Part shown: positions 46,866-57,780 of the stretch, one piece after another
How positions within the stretch are numbered: the stretch's first letter is position 1
Layout of the letters: every line of letters starts with the position of its first letter
IMG/VR virus record: IMGVR_UViG_3300044714_000124
Coordinates: 5,577 to 69,576 of that record
DNA length: 64,000 nucleotides
DNA from: a virus
Direction: 5' to 3' (one strand)
Program-made: the position numbers and the translations under genes
Notes under the pieces: model-generated
What the model was told of the DNA's origin: nothing
Database searches by the model: none
What the model saw: the letters and a program-made list of their open reading frames with translations, nothing else

Positions 46866-47575
46866 CCAGTTCCGGCACGTATAATTGGGGTCTATCCAAC
46901 GCCGAAGCGGTCTTCGCCGCTTTCGAGCGCGTGCAAATCCGCATGCCGGAACTTCGCCAGGAGCACATGGCGACGGCGCGGCGCGAGTTGAATGACCTTT
47001 TCGTCGAGCTATCGAACCGCCAGGTCAATCTCTGGAAAGTCCAACTCAACACAGTCTCGCTCACCGCAGGCATCGGCACCTACACGCTCCCCTCCAACGT
47101 GGTGATGGTCCTCGACGCCTACCGCTCCCTTAATTACGGCGCCACGAATCAGACCGACATCTACACCACGCCGATCAGCCGCACCGAATATGCGACCTAT
47201 GCGGCAAAGACGACGCCGGGGCCGCCGATCGTCTATTGGTTCGACCGCACGATTACGCCGACCGTGACCTTCTACCCCTATCCCGACTCCGGGGGACCGT
47301 ACACATGGGCCTATTATGCGGCGGTCCAGATTCAGGATGCGAATCTGCCCGGAGGGGAAACGCCGGATTTGCCCTATCGCTGGCTGGGGGTGCTGGTCGC
47401 GGGCCTCGCATTGCGGCTCGCAAGGTGCTACCCTCCATCGGGAATCGACCCGATCGCGTTCAAGGCGGACCGGCAGGCCGATTACGACAAGGCGTGGATG
47501 TATGCGGCGGGGCAGGATACTGAGAACGTGAATTTCAGCCTCGGGGTGGCGCTGGATTCCTATTATAGGCGGTGA
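46862..47575 (+). CDS. head-tail adaptor / tail tubular protein A-like
   Basis: MTSSGTYNW...ARRELN.LF.ELSNRQVNLW...PISRTEY...PYRWL..LVAGLA. Confidence 0.7.
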   Translation: MTSSGTYNWGLSNAEAVFAAFERVQIRMPELRQEHMATARRELNDLFVELSNRQVNLWKVQLNTVSLTAGIGTYTLPSNVVMVLDAYRSLNYGATNQTDIYTTPISRTEYATYAAKTTPGPPIVYWFDRTITPTVTFYPYPDSGGPYTWAYYAAVQIQDANLPGGETPDLPYRWLGVLVAGLALRLARCYPPSGIDPIAFKADRQADYDKAWMYAAGQDTENVNFSLGVALDSYYRR

Positions 47576-47863
47576 ATGATGCCTCCGGGACTTCTGTATT
47601 GCGGCCCGCCGCACTCATTGATGGTGGCTGTTCTGGGAGTTGTCATTCCGGTGCTGTTCGCTGCCGGCGTCCTTGCTTGGGTGATCATCAGGGATGATTC
47701 GAGGATCGTTTGATGAGTCCGCTGTTCCCTGTAGTTCTGCATCATTGCGGCCAGCCGCATTCATTGATGGTGGCTATTCTGGGATTTGTCATTCCGGCGC
47801 TGTTTGAGGCCGGCGTCTATGCTTGGGTGTTGACTAGGAAAGATTAGAGGATCGTTTGATGAG
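47576..47863 (+). repeat. tandem duplicated small single-TM ORFs
   Basis: Two similar copies encoding CGPPHSLMVAVLGVVIPVLF and CGQPHSLMVAILGFVIPALF, each followed by GAGGATCGTTTGATGAG. Confidence 0.7.
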
Positions 47864-48074
47864 CCCGCATGCGATAGGGTGAGGTGACGTCATGCTTTTG
47901 ATTTTGGGGTTACTGGTCGCTGTCGGGACGGTTATTTTTGGTATCATGGCTGTGGCAGCCAACATGGCGACTGATGCGCCGAGTGTACAAAGTACCTCCG
48001 TCACACCGATTTTTGTAATCGGATTTGGCGTGGCTGCGGTGCTGATATTGGTTCATTTTGTAGGGGTGTGAGCC

Positions 48075-48530
48075 ATGCGCCCGCATCCGCGACGAACGAT
48101 AACCGATCCGACGAGGCCGGAAGCCTGGGGCACGGACGATCGTTCGGGGTTTATCGGCAATCATAAGAATTTGCGCTGGCAGATGGAATGGGCCGGCACG
48201 AAGCTCATCAACAAGCGCGTGCTGGTGTTCGACGATCAATACGATACCCCTCAACGCCAACTCGGCACGCTCATCCTTCCTCCCGACCCGGTGCCGATCG
48301 CGAATGCCCGGCCCGAACAATATCCGCTTGATGAAATCTGGCCTGTATTGACAGAAATCGGCACCGAACACGGCGCCATCCCGCTTTATCTGGAAACCTC
48401 GACATTATTGAACAACCCCGAAGAGATCATTGCCGTTTCGCTCGAATTGTCTACGATCCCCGCAACGCCGACGGCGCAGCCGTTCGTGGTGGGACAGAGT
48501 CAAATCGGGGGGCCGAATGTCATTGCCTAG
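48075..48530 (+). CDS. conserved phage protein
   Basis: AWGTDDRSGF...QMEWAG...DTPQRQL...DPVPIANARPE. Confidence 0.65.
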   Translation: MRPHPRRTITDPTRPEAWGTDDRSGFIGNHKNLRWQMEWAGTKLINKRVLVFDDQYDTPQRQLGTLILPPDPVPIANARPEQYPLDEIWPVLTEIGTEHGAIPLYLETSTLLNNPEEIIAVSLELSTIPATPTAQPFVVGQSQIGGPNVIA

Positions 48531-50277
48531 GCTGTTCGCCGCGGTTCTGCTTTTCGTGATCGGCTGCGCGGCGCCGAGCTTCGGGCAGACGAATCCGGGG
48601 TTTGTCAATGGGCAGGTGCTCACCGCGGATCAGTTGAATCAGGCATTTGCGCGCAAACAGGACCTCCTTTCGATTTCCATCGGAGGGACGCCGGCGGCCG
48701 GTTATGTTCCGGTTGCCTCGTCCGCGACGGCCGCCGCGTGGGCTCAGTTGAACTTCTCCGGCTTGAGCGGCGTTATTGCGACCAATCAACTCGGCGGGAC
48801 CGTCGGGGGTGATCTCGTCGGGACATTACCGAATCCGGGCGTGGCGAAGATCAATGGGGTTGCCGTAACGGGGACGCCGGCGGCCGGGTATGTGCCTGCC
48901 GCGACATCTTCGACGGCGGCCGCATGGGCTCAATTGAATTTCTCCGGGTTGAGCGGCGTGATCGCGACCGGCCAACTCGGCGGGACCGTCGGGGGCGATC
49001 TTTCCGGGACGCTTCCTGATCCGAGCGTGGCGAAACTCAATGGCGTCGCGGTGAGCGGTACGCCAGTGGCGGGCGCCGTGCCGATTGCCACCAATGCCTT
49101 TGCGGCGGGGTGGGCATTGCTCTCGATCGTACCGGCCTTCGATGTGGCAAATTATGTCAACGGCGCTGCCGGGGCTGTCGCGGCGTGTACTGCCGCCGGG
49201 GGCGGCTGGATTTATTTCGGGGCAGGCACATTCATCGAAACGGCCCTGACGATTCCAAACGGCTGTAACGTGCTGTGCGCCGGCATCGAGGCCACTACCA
49301 TCGAGGCCGGATCGGCGACGGGAGACATATTCGACGTTGTCGGATATTCGAGCATTCTGCATTGCGGATTTCTGTCGTCCGGGACACCGGGAACCTCGCA
49401 GACGGCCGGATCGTTTGTCAATCTGACGGGCGCGTGGGCGGAAGTGGGCGACGTGTGGTGCAACGGCGCCTATAACTGCCTGACGTTGAACAATGGCATC
49501 GCCCGGATTCATGACGTCGTCGTCAATCATCTGACCCGGCGAACCGTTGCGGCGGGCGCGTCGGCCATTCTGTGCTTGCAGGGCGGCAGCGTCCAGGTTT
49601 CCCGTCTGACGGTCGGCACGACCTCGGACCCGTCATCGGAATGGGCGAGTTATGGCGTGCTGGCGACCGGGGCAAACGGTACATGCCCGCTGCAAATATC
49701 GGACTCGGCGATCCTCGAAGTACAGACTGGGCTCGCGGCGCTCCCCGCCGCCGGCAAGGCGGTCTGCATCAAATCGAGCAACAATTATTATGACAACAAT
49801 CTCCAACCTGTCATTCTTCAGCCGCAGGCCAATACAGGCTTGATCTGCAATGCGTCCTTCGTCGGCGACAGTTTCAACATGATCAATACGGGTCAGACGC
49901 CGGCCGGCCTGCTCGCGGATACCAACACCAACGGCGGCACCATCGATCAGTTGACGATTACCGGAACCAATAACATCTCCTACACGACCGGAAACGGAAG
50001 CTGCATCACGCTCTCCGGGAGCGGTTTGGTCTCGGCACAGATTACCGGAAACAATTGCGGCAGCACCAATCAGGTCTGGTACAACGGCGTCACCGTCATC
50101 AACGGCGCCGGCAATTTCGACATATCGCACAACTCGCTGATGAACTCCGGCGGCACCACGATCTTCTGCAATTCGACCGGCAACAATCTGGTCATCGAAT
50201 TCAACCGGTTGAACGGCGGCAACACCAACACGTCGGCGTGTAACAACTCGCCCTATCTGATCGGCAACAATCAGTAA
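48517..50277 (+). CDS. tail fibre/spike with a beta-helix-like C-terminus
   Basis: Repeated GGDLxGTLPxPxVAKxNG segments, GGGWIYFGAGTF, Asn-rich beta-helix-like tail. Confidence 0.7.
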   Translation: MSLPRLFAAVLLFVIGCAAPSFGQTNPGFVNGQVLTADQLNQAFARKQDLLSISIGGTPAAGYVPVASSATAAAWAQLNFSGLSGVIATNQLGGTVGGDLVGTLPNPGVAKINGVAVTGTPAAGYVPAATSSTAAAWAQLNFSGLSGVIATGQLGGTVGGDLSGTLPDPSVAKLNGVAVSGTPVAGAVPIATNAFAAGWALLSIVPAFDVANYVNGAAGAVAACTAAGGGWIYFGAGTFIETALTIPNGCNVLCAGIEATTIEAGSATGDIFDVVGYSSILHCGFLSSGTPGTSQTAGSFVNLTGAWAEVGDVWCNGAYNCLTLNNGIARIHDVVVNHLTRRTVAAGASAILCLQGGSVQVSRLTVGTTSDPSSEWASYGVLATGANGTCPLQISDSAILEVQTGLAALPAAGKAVCIKSSNNYYDNNLQPVILQPQANTGLICNASFVGDSFNMINTGQTPAGLLADTNTNGGTIDQLTITGTNNISYTTGNGSCITLSGSGLVSAQITGNNCGSTNQVWYNGVTVINGAGNFDISHNSLMNSGGTTIFCNSTGNNLVIEFNRLNGGNTNTSACNNSPYLIGNNQ

Positions 50278-50281
50278 GCCA

Positions 50282-52594
50282 ATGGCAAGCAGCGGATATC
50301 CGACTGACGGACGGATTACCAGCTTGGCGACCTTCACAGGCGCGCTGGTCGGCAGCGAATTGATTCCGATCGTGTCTCCTGGCAACGCGGCGTCCGGCGT
50401 CAATTACAACATGACGACGCTGAATTTCGCCAACTCGCTGCTGTCGTCGCTGATAAATGCGACGTCGTTTGCCTCGATACAGGTACTCGGTACCGCGACT
50501 TTCAGCGCCGGACCGGTAATCATCAACGGCACGACGCAAAGTTTTCCGTCGAGCGGGGATATCGTTGGCGCGGTCGAAACCGCGACGCTTACCAACAAGA
50601 CGCTCAATTCCGCGATCCTGAACAATCCGGCGTTGAATACCGCGACGTTCAACAATGCTACGATCAACACTGCGATCATCAACAATGCCACGCTCAACAC
50701 GGCAGTTCTCAACAATCCAGTTCTCAACACCGCAATCCTCGGCACCGCGACGCTGAATTCTCCGACCATCGCCTCCGCGACCTTCACCGGCACTCAGACT
50801 TTGCCGGATGGCACTCTTTGGGGCGTGAACGGCATCAGTGCCGCCAACGGCGCGGCGGTGGCGCTTGGAGCGCTGACCTTTGCCGCGGCGGCCTACAATC
50901 TGACCTTGGCGGCAACGGCAACCGCTGGCGCGCTCACGGTCACTGCCAATGCGATAAGTCAAATGGGCGCCACTACTGGCGTCACGCCGAGCGCGGCAAA
51001 TCCCGTGCTCATTGGTTTCCGCTCGAATACCATCTCCTACGGATATCCGACGTTCGAAAGCGTCACCAGTGCGCTGTCGATCACGATCGCGTCCGGCAAC
51101 ACGCTGGGCATGACCAACGGCTCGACGTCGAGGCTGTACGTTGTCGGCATGAACAATGCCGGCAGCGTGGCGCTGGCGCTGTACAATGGGGCGGGGTCGA
51201 GCATCAACGAGGACCTGTTGCAGACGAGCGCCGTGGGCACGGCGGGCGGCAACAGCACCAGCATCTTCTATGCGTCGCAAAGCGGTCTGAGCAATGTAGC
51301 GGTTCGCATCATCGGCTACATGGATATCGCCGAGACAACGGCCGGCGTCTGGGCGAACGGTCCTACCATGCTCAAGCTGTTCGGCGGCAACGAATTGAGC
51401 GCTTCGACAAGTTCGATTTCCACTTCGACCTTCACGACATTGACGGTCCTTGGTACCGCGACTTTCAGTGCGGGGCCGACCACTTTCAACGGTACGACGA
51501 CGCTTAACACGCCGACCATCGCCTCCGCAACTTTCACCGGCACCCAGACTTTGCCGGATGGCAACACCTGGGGTGTAGGCGGCCTTTCCGGCAGCCTGCA
51601 ATCGGGCAGCATCAATGCCGGTTCTCTCAACATCAGCGCTTTGCCCTACGCGCCCGTTAACCTGACATTGGAGGCAACCGTCGCCAACAGCGCGTTGACG
51701 GTCGCGGTGCAGGCGGCTACGTCGAGCGGCACGACAGGCGTGGTTCCGACCGCGGCGAATCCGGTCATCATACCGTTCCGCTCGAACAACATTGGTTTTG
51801 GCTATCCGGCCGTTGAGACGGTTACTGCGGCGCTGTCGATCACGATTGCCTCCGGCCACACCTTGGGCACCATAAGCGGGCAGATGGCGCGACTGTGGAT
51901 CGTCGGCATGAACAACGCCGGGAGCGTCGCCGTGGCGCTCTACAATGCGCTGCAAAGCGCTGCGGTGGGTGGATGGACCATCCAGGGCATCAACGAGGAC
52001 GTTCTCCAATCGAGCGCCAGTGGCACGACGGGCGGCAGCAGTGTGCAGACCTATTACGCCTCGCAAAGCTCGCTGAGCAACGTCGCCGTCCGCATCCTCG
52101 GCTACCTGGAAATCCAGCAGCAGACTGCGGGGACCTGGGCGACTGCGCCGAATATCGTAAGGCTGTTCGGCCCCGGCACGCTCAAGCCCGGCGAGACGGT
52201 GCAGATCGCGTGGACTAATTCAAGCGCCATCACCACGACGGCGCTTACGGCGACCTTCGCCACGGTCGGACCGATCGCGGTCATCAACCCGTTCTCGGCG
52301 GCCAATCTCATCAAGGTCAACACGTTCGGTTCTCTCCAGAACGCCAGCACGCTCGGTGCCGGGACCGACATGATCATCGGCAAGAACGGCACGACGCAGG
52401 TAGGTTATGTCTATCAGACGAATTCCGCCGGCACCGCTTATGCGTCGCCGATAGCGATGGAGGTCTATGATGCGCCGAACTCAACGGCGCTCTTGAGTTA
52501 TGGGGCTTGCGCCAAGATCACGACGGGAATTTTGAGTTATCCCTATAGCAACGTCGGGGCTGCGACGGTTTCCGCAACCGAAATTCAGGTGTAA
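50282..52594 (+). CDS. tail fibre-like protein with an internal duplication
   Basis: TLTNKTL and 5-residue LNTAI repeats; duplicated ANPV.I.FRS...GYP domain. Confidence 0.7.
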   Translation: MASSGYPTDGRITSLATFTGALVGSELIPIVSPGNAASGVNYNMTTLNFANSLLSSLINATSFASIQVLGTATFSAGPVIINGTTQSFPSSGDIVGAVETATLTNKTLNSAILNNPALNTATFNNATINTAIINNATLNTAVLNNPVLNTAILGTATLNSPTIASATFTGTQTLPDGTLWGVNGISAANGAAVALGALTFAAAAYNLTLAATATAGALTVTANAISQMGATTGVTPSAANPVLIGFRSNTISYGYPTFESVTSALSITIASGNTLGMTNGSTSRLYVVGMNNAGSVALALYNGAGSSINEDLLQTSAVGTAGGNSTSIFYASQSGLSNVAVRIIGYMDIAETTAGVWANGPTMLKLFGGNELSASTSSISTSTFTTLTVLGTATFSAGPTTFNGTTTLNTPTIASATFTGTQTLPDGNTWGVGGLSGSLQSGSINAGSLNISALPYAPVNLTLEATVANSALTVAVQAATSSGTTGVVPTAANPVIIPFRSNNIGFGYPAVETVTAALSITIASGHTLGTISGQMARLWIVGMNNAGSVAVALYNALQSAAVGGWTIQGINEDVLQSSASGTTGGSSVQTYYASQSSLSNVAVRILGYLEIQQQTAGTWATAPNIVRLFGPGTLKPGETVQIAWTNSSAITTTALTATFATVGPIAVINPFSAANLIKVNTFGSLQNASTLGAGTDMIIGKNGTTQVGYVYQTNSAGTAYASPIAMEVYDAPNSTALLSYGACAKITTGILSYPYSNVGAATVSATEIQV

Positions 52595-52597
52595 CGC

Positions 52598-53323
52598 ATG
52601 CTCAGTTACGCCACCTTCGTCACGTCGCTCGCGAACCTGCTGGTGGTGCCGGCGGGTGACGCAGGCTTCCAGACGGTTCTGCCGAACATCATCGACGACG
52701 CCGAGCAGCGCATCTATCGCGATTTGGATTTTCTCACCACTTTGGCTCAGACCACGACAGCCCTGACGGCGATGAACAGGGAATTTTCAGCGCCGCAGGT
52801 CAACTCCAACGGGCTCAACGTTCCCTATGTGGTGATCGAAGAGGTCAACGTCATCACGCCCGCATCCGTGACGAATCCCAATCTGGGCTCGCGCAATCAG
52901 TTGGTGCCGACCAGCAAGGAAGTCCTCAACTTGACGTGGCCCAGTTCGAGCGGAGCGACGGTCCCCGAATATTATGCCATGGTGGGGCAGACCAGCATTC
53001 TGCTCGGGCCGTGGCCTGATCAAGCCTATACGGTCGAAGTCGTCGGCACCTACCGGCCGGCGCCCATGTCGCCGAGCAATCAGTTTACCTTCATCAGTCT
53101 GAATCTGCCTGATCTGCTGCTTGCCGCGGCGATGGTGTTCGGTAATGGGTACCTGAAAAACTTCGGCTCCGTGGTTGACGATCCGAAAGCGGCAGTTACG
53201 TGGGAAAGTCATTATCAGACTCTCAAGCAGAGCGCCGAGGTCGAGGAAGCCCGCAAGAAGTTCACCGCGGCCGGATGGTCTACCAAACAGCCATCGCCGA
53301 TCGTGACGCCGCCGAGGATGTGA
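52598..53323 (+). CDS. phage adaptor/tail protein
   Basis: IIDDAEQRIYRDL...PEYYA...GPWPDQAYTVE...PDLLLAAAM. Confidence 0.7.
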   Translation: MLSYATFVTSLANLLVVPAGDAGFQTVLPNIIDDAEQRIYRDLDFLTTLAQTTTALTAMNREFSAPQVNSNGLNVPYVVIEEVNVITPASVTNPNLGSRNQLVPTSKEVLNLTWPSSSGATVPEYYAMVGQTSILLGPWPDQAYTVEVVGTYRPAPMSPSNQFTFISLNLPDLLLAAAMVFGNGYLKNFGSVVDDPKAAVTWESHYQTLKQSAEVEEARKKFTAAGWSTKQPSPIVTPPRM

Positions 53324-53324
53324 T

Positions 53325-54299
53325 ATGGCCGAACCGACGACCAATAATAAGGGTCTGATCGTTCCTAATACCGGCGACCTGGTCGGCGCATGGGGCACGA
53401 CCGCCGTCAACGCCGATTTCAACGCCATCGACGGCATGCTCGGCGGTGTTCTCAATCTTTCGCTTTCCGCTGCGACCAGTTTCAATCTGACAGCGCCGTC
53501 CGCCACCATCACGCCGAGTTCCGGCCCGACGCAATCGCAGAACATGGCGATTCACCTGTCGGGAACGCTTACCGGAAATGTGCAGATAGGCTTCACGCTT
53601 CCCGGCATCTATCTCGTGGACAATTCCTGCATCACGGGAGCCTATTACGTCCAGTTGATGAATTCCGGGGGCCTTGGCGCGGGCTCCTATGTCGGGTGCC
53701 CTCCCGGCTTCCCGATCTTCGTCTATTACGACGGGACGAATGTGAGGCTCGTCAACGCGCCCCCTGTCGGGAGTTATCTCGACCTCGCAGTGACGACGTC
53801 GCCGCTGTGGATGACGGCTTCTTCGTTCGTGCCATATCTGCCTTGTAATGGCTCGACCTATAATACCAGCGCCTATCCGCAGCTCGGCAACCTGCTGGGT
53901 TCGACCTTCGGCGGCAACGGCATCACGACGTTCGCGGTGCCCGACCTCTCGAACCGCTTCCGCATTCCTCTCGATCTGACGGGGAGCAACCGCGTTACGG
54001 CGGGCGGTGCCGGAATCAGCGGGACGACGCTTGGCGCTGCGGGGGGCGATCAGAGTCTCCAGGCACACACCCATGCCGCCGTGGCGACGGTGACCGATCC
54101 GGGGCACTCGCACACCGATATCGCTATCCTGGCGGGCACCGTGCTCGGCGCTCAAAATGGCTTTCAGGTTACGCCCAGCACGACCGGCGTGTCTGTGACC
54201 AACATCAGCGTCGCGGTCGCCAACGCCACGACCGGCGTGGGGGGCGGGCAGAACATGCCGCCCTCGATGGTGGCGGGGATATGTTTCATCAAGACGTGA
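53325..54299 (+). CDS. tail collar domain protein
   Basis: YLPCNG...YPQL..LLG.TFGGNG.TTFAVPDL. Confidence 0.85.
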   Translation: MAEPTTNNKGLIVPNTGDLVGAWGTTAVNADFNAIDGMLGGVLNLSLSAATSFNLTAPSATITPSSGPTQSQNMAIHLSGTLTGNVQIGFTLPGIYLVDNSCITGAYYVQLMNSGGLGAGSYVGCPPGFPIFVYYDGTNVRLVNAPPVGSYLDLAVTTSPLWMTASSFVPYLPCNGSTYNTSAYPQLGNLLGSTFGGNGITTFAVPDLSNRFRIPLDLTGSNRVTAGGAGISGTTLGAAGGDQSLQAHTHAAVATVTDPGHSHTDIAILAGTVLGAQNGFQVTPSTTGVSVTNISVAVANATTGVGGGQNMPPSMVAGICFIKT

Positions 54300-54305
54300 G
54301 AGGCG

Positions 54306-54827
54306 ATGGTGTGGTGCGTTTCCCATCGTGCCGATCCTGCTGCGGCTAGATTAGCTGATAGGCACTACAACCGGCAGAAGATTGGGACGCCTCAATTTGC
54401 GCCCACAGGTTCATGTTGCGTGTTCGTTACCGATTGCGGCCGGGCTTTCTGGATTACGTCATATCCGCTTGCAGAATGGGTAAAACATGCGTGGGGCGGC
54501 GCGTGGATATGCAGCGCCTTTCGTTCAGAAGGCGCTGGGTGCGCGTCTGAATTGATCCGTCAGGCGGTTGGTGCAACCCGTGCGCATTACGGCGAACCGC
54601 CGGCTATGGGAATGGTGACGTTCATCGATCGGCGCAAGGTGAGACCCATAAAAGTGCGATCGCGCGATGTTTGGGGGTGGACATGGCGCAAGGCTGGATT
54701 TGTGGAGGACGGCGAAACCAAGGGTGGCCTTCTGGTGATGCGATTGCATGTGTGCGACATGCCAAACGCTTTGCCGGCCGCGCCTCGCACGATGCGCGGC
54801 TCTCCGCTGTTTGATTGGATTGCGTGA
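54306..54827 (+). CDS. hypothetical protein, possibly Mom-like/GNAT DNA-modification fold
   Basis: LADRHYNRQ...CSAFRSEG..ASELIRQA...AGFVEDGETKGG; weak resemblance only. Confidence 0.35.
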   Translation: MVWCVSHRADPAAARLADRHYNRQKIGTPQFAPTGSCCVFVTDCGRAFWITSYPLAEWVKHAWGGAWICSAFRSEGAGCASELIRQAVGATRAHYGEPPAMGMVTFIDRRKVRPIKVRSRDVWGWTWRKAGFVEDGETKGGLLVMRLHVCDMPNALPAAPRTMRGSPLFDWIA

Positions 54828-56878
54828 TGCCATTCGGAGAAATTAAGCTCGTCCCCGGCGTCAATGTCGAGCGCACTCCGACATTGCTGCAAGCCTCGAT
54901 CTCGTCCGGCAACCTCATCCGCTTCAAAGACGGTCTCGTCCAGAAGCTCGGCGGCTGGCAGTCTTATTACCCTTTCAGCGTGCCGGGCATGCCGCGCGAT
55001 CTGCACGCCTGGGAAGACCTCGATCAGGTCACTCATCTCGGCGTCGGCACCACGACCGCGCTTGGCGTCATCACGAACAACAATTACCAGGACATCACGC
55101 CGCAGACCCTGACGACGAACTTTCCGCCGAATTTCACCACTACCAGCGGCTCGCCGATCGTCACCGTGACTGATACGAACATCAATAACGTCACGATCTA
55201 CGACGCGGTTTATTTCAACACGCCGGTGAGCGTTGACGGGATCATCCTCTCCGGCCTGTATGCGATCAGCGAAGTGACCGGGGCGGATTCCTACGATATC
55301 GTCGCCGCGACCAATGGCGTGAGCGGCGTGACCTCGCAAGGCACCGTTCCGGCGTTCACCACGACGTCGGGGAGTGCGCTCGTCGCGGTCGAGCTTGCCT
55401 CCCATGGGCTTGTGGCGGGCAGCACGATCAATTTCCCGATCGGCACGACTGGAAACGGGGTGACGGTGCTTGGCACCTATCCCGTGGTCACGCTTATCGA
55501 TGCCAACAATTTCAAGATCGGAGCGAGCAATCAGGCGAGCGCGTCCGGCTCCTTCAACGTGAACGCGGCGAACACGCAGCTTGTCTATTACATCTCGCTG
55601 GGGCCGCCGGCGCTGGGGGCCGGCTACGGGCTCGGCGGTTACGGCGCAGGCGGCTACGGCACCGGGACGACGTCGGGCAACACTCAGACCGGGACGGAGA
55701 TCACGGCAACCGACTGGACGTCGGACAATTGGGGCGAAATCCTTCTTGCCGTGCCGGCCGGCGGCGGTGTCTATGCCTTCGACCCGACTTCGGGCTTCGT
55801 CAATGCGCAGCTCGTCGCGACTGCGCCGATCTTCAACGGCGGCGGATTCGTCTCGGCCAGCCTGCAAATCCTGGTGCTGTGGGGCTCGACGGTTGCGGAG
55901 GATATCGGCGTCACGCAGGACCCGTTGTTCATTCAATGGTCGAATGAAGGGGACTACACGGACTTCGTGGACCTGACGACGAACCTTGCCGGCAACGACC
56001 GGCTGTCGTCAGGCTCGAAGATCATGGGAGGGCTCGCGGTCCAGCAACAGAACCTGATCTGGACCGATATCGACCTGTGGGCGATGAATTACATCGGCGC
56101 CCCTCTGGTGTTTTCCTTCAACATCATCGGTGCCGGTGCGGGACTGATTTCATCACATGCGGCTCAGGCGGTCCGTGGGAACGTCTACTGGATGGGGCCT
56201 TCCAATTTCTACGCCTATACCAGCAACGGCGTGGCGGTGCTGCCTTGTCCGGTGTGGGATGCCGTGTTCCAGAATCTCAATACGGCCTATCAGCAGAACG
56301 TCCGGGCGATGCCGAATACGCCCTTCAACGAGGTAGGGTGGCTCTATCCCTCGGCGGCGAGCGTCTCGGGGGAATGCGATTCGTACGTCAAGTTCAACAT
56401 CACCGAATCCGGCGCGCCTTGGGATAACGGCGTGTGGCCGCTCGCGGGGCGCTCGGCCTGGATCGACCAGACCATCCTGGGGCCGCCGATCGGCGCCACT
56501 CCGGGCGGGGTGATCTACCAGCACGAAAGGACGCCCGACGCCGCCGGGGCGGCGATGGTCTCGACATTCACCACGGGATATTTCTACATCGGCGAGGGCG
56601 AGGATTTCTGCTTCGTCGATCAGATTTATCCCGATTTCATTTGGGAAACATATGCCGGGACGTACATTGCTCAAGGGTCGATGAGCTTCAATGTGACGAA
56701 CTATCCAGGCGACACGCCGACTGTGTACGGGCCTTACACGGTGACCAAATCGACGGAATATTTATCGGTGCGGTTGCGTGGGCGGCAAATGTCCATTACC
56801 GTGACGTTCCAGGATGTGGGGAGCTTCTATAGGCTGGGCAAGGTGCGGTACCGGTATAACCCGGACGGGAGGCGGTGA
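54827..56878 (+). CDS. tail nozzle / DNA stabilization protein (tail tubular B-like)
   Basis: LVPGVN.E.T...IRF.DGLVQKLGGW, IQWS, VYWMG..NFY.Y, LPCPVWD.VF, RLRGRQ...RLG..R....DGRR. Confidence 0.75.
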   Translation: MPFGEIKLVPGVNVERTPTLLQASISSGNLIRFKDGLVQKLGGWQSYYPFSVPGMPRDLHAWEDLDQVTHLGVGTTTALGVITNNNYQDITPQTLTTNFPPNFTTTSGSPIVTVTDTNINNVTIYDAVYFNTPVSVDGIILSGLYAISEVTGADSYDIVAATNGVSGVTSQGTVPAFTTTSGSALVAVELASHGLVAGSTINFPIGTTGNGVTVLGTYPVVTLIDANNFKIGASNQASASGSFNVNAANTQLVYYISLGPPALGAGYGLGGYGAGGYGTGTTSGNTQTGTEITATDWTSDNWGEILLAVPAGGGVYAFDPTSGFVNAQLVATAPIFNGGGFVSASLQILVLWGSTVAEDIGVTQDPLFIQWSNEGDYTDFVDLTTNLAGNDRLSSGSKIMGGLAVQQQNLIWTDIDLWAMNYIGAPLVFSFNIIGAGAGLISSHAAQAVRGNVYWMGPSNFYAYTSNGVAVLPCPVWDAVFQNLNTAYQQNVRAMPNTPFNEVGWLYPSAASVSGECDSYVKFNITESGAPWDNGVWPLAGRSAWIDQTILGPPIGATPGGVIYQHERTPDAAGAAMVSTFTTGYFYIGEGEDFCFVDQIYPDFIWETYAGTYIAQGSMSFNVTNYPGDTPTVYGPYTVTKSTEYLSVRLRGRQMSITVTFQDVGSFYRLGKVRYRYNPDGRR

Positions 56879-57322
56879 TGGATCAGGCTGAAAAAATCGA
56901 TCGCATCATGGGGCAGCTTCGGCAGATGAAGGCGATGCTGTGTAAGACAGTATTTAGTGGTCAGTCGTACGATACGAGCGATCACGAATACGAAGAATTT
57001 CATGAGGCATGGAATGATATTTACGACGCCGTCAGCGGACTGCTGCCATCGGAGAGCCTTGGATTGGCGAAGGAGCGGCGGTGATGAATGATCATGGTAT
57101 GCAGGAACAATCGGCGCCGCTGAAACAGCTTGCGGCAAAACCTCTATTGGATCGCTTGAAGGAATACAGTAAATCTGATGTTGAGGGTGTGCTTCGCGGC
57201 CTTGTGGTAACCGGTGAAATGGCAGATTACGATGATGAAATGGTTAATCGAGTGAGGGATGCCGCTGATCTGTGTGTCGCCGTGCGCGAGTTGCTGAGGC
57301 AATGGCCGTGATTGAAAATTGA

Positions 57323-57646
57323 ATGGCCTCCGCCGACGATATCAACTCGACCCTGCAGGGCATCAGCCGCAACATCGCCAATTGGGTGACGGCGTTCAAC
57401 GGAAGGCTGATCGCGGGCTCCGTGACCCTCGGCAACGCTACCGTGACCGTGGTAGCTCAACCGGGGGTGACGGGGGATTCCGTCATTTTCACGATGGCAA
57501 CCAACGCGGCGGCGGCGTTGACGCAACGCACGAATGGGCTGTATGTTTCCGCGTTGACGGCGGGCTCCGGTTTTTCGCTGGCGACGCAATCCGGGTCGGC
57601 CAGCGGCAGCGAAACCTTCGATTATATCTTGTTCAATCCGAGTTGA
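57323..57646 (+). CDS. hypothetical virion protein
   Basis: 107-aa ORF with structural-type composition. Confidence 0.55.
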   Translation: MASADDINSTLQGISRNIANWVTAFNGRLIAGSVTLGNATVTVVAQPGVTGDSVIFTMATNAAAALTQRTNGLYVSALTAGSGFSLATQSGSASGSETFDYILFNPS

Positions 57647-57649
57647 AAA

Positions 57650-57760
57650 CCGCTGATAGGACTGCCGTTCATGTCGGCCTCATTGAAGCGTGCGAAACGA
57701 GGCCCGTGGGATGATGCGTGGGCCGATATTTTCCGACGTGAACGGCAGCCTTATCAGCGG
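57650..57760 (+). CRISPR. single-spacer unit C with a split type I-G-like repeat
   Basis: CGGCCTCATTGAAGC ends at 57689; spacer about 57690-57725; then ATATTTTCCG; arms 57650-57677 and 57733-57760 form a 28-bp stem. Confidence 0.75.
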
Positions 57761-57780
57761 CTCGACAATATGGGTGAATG

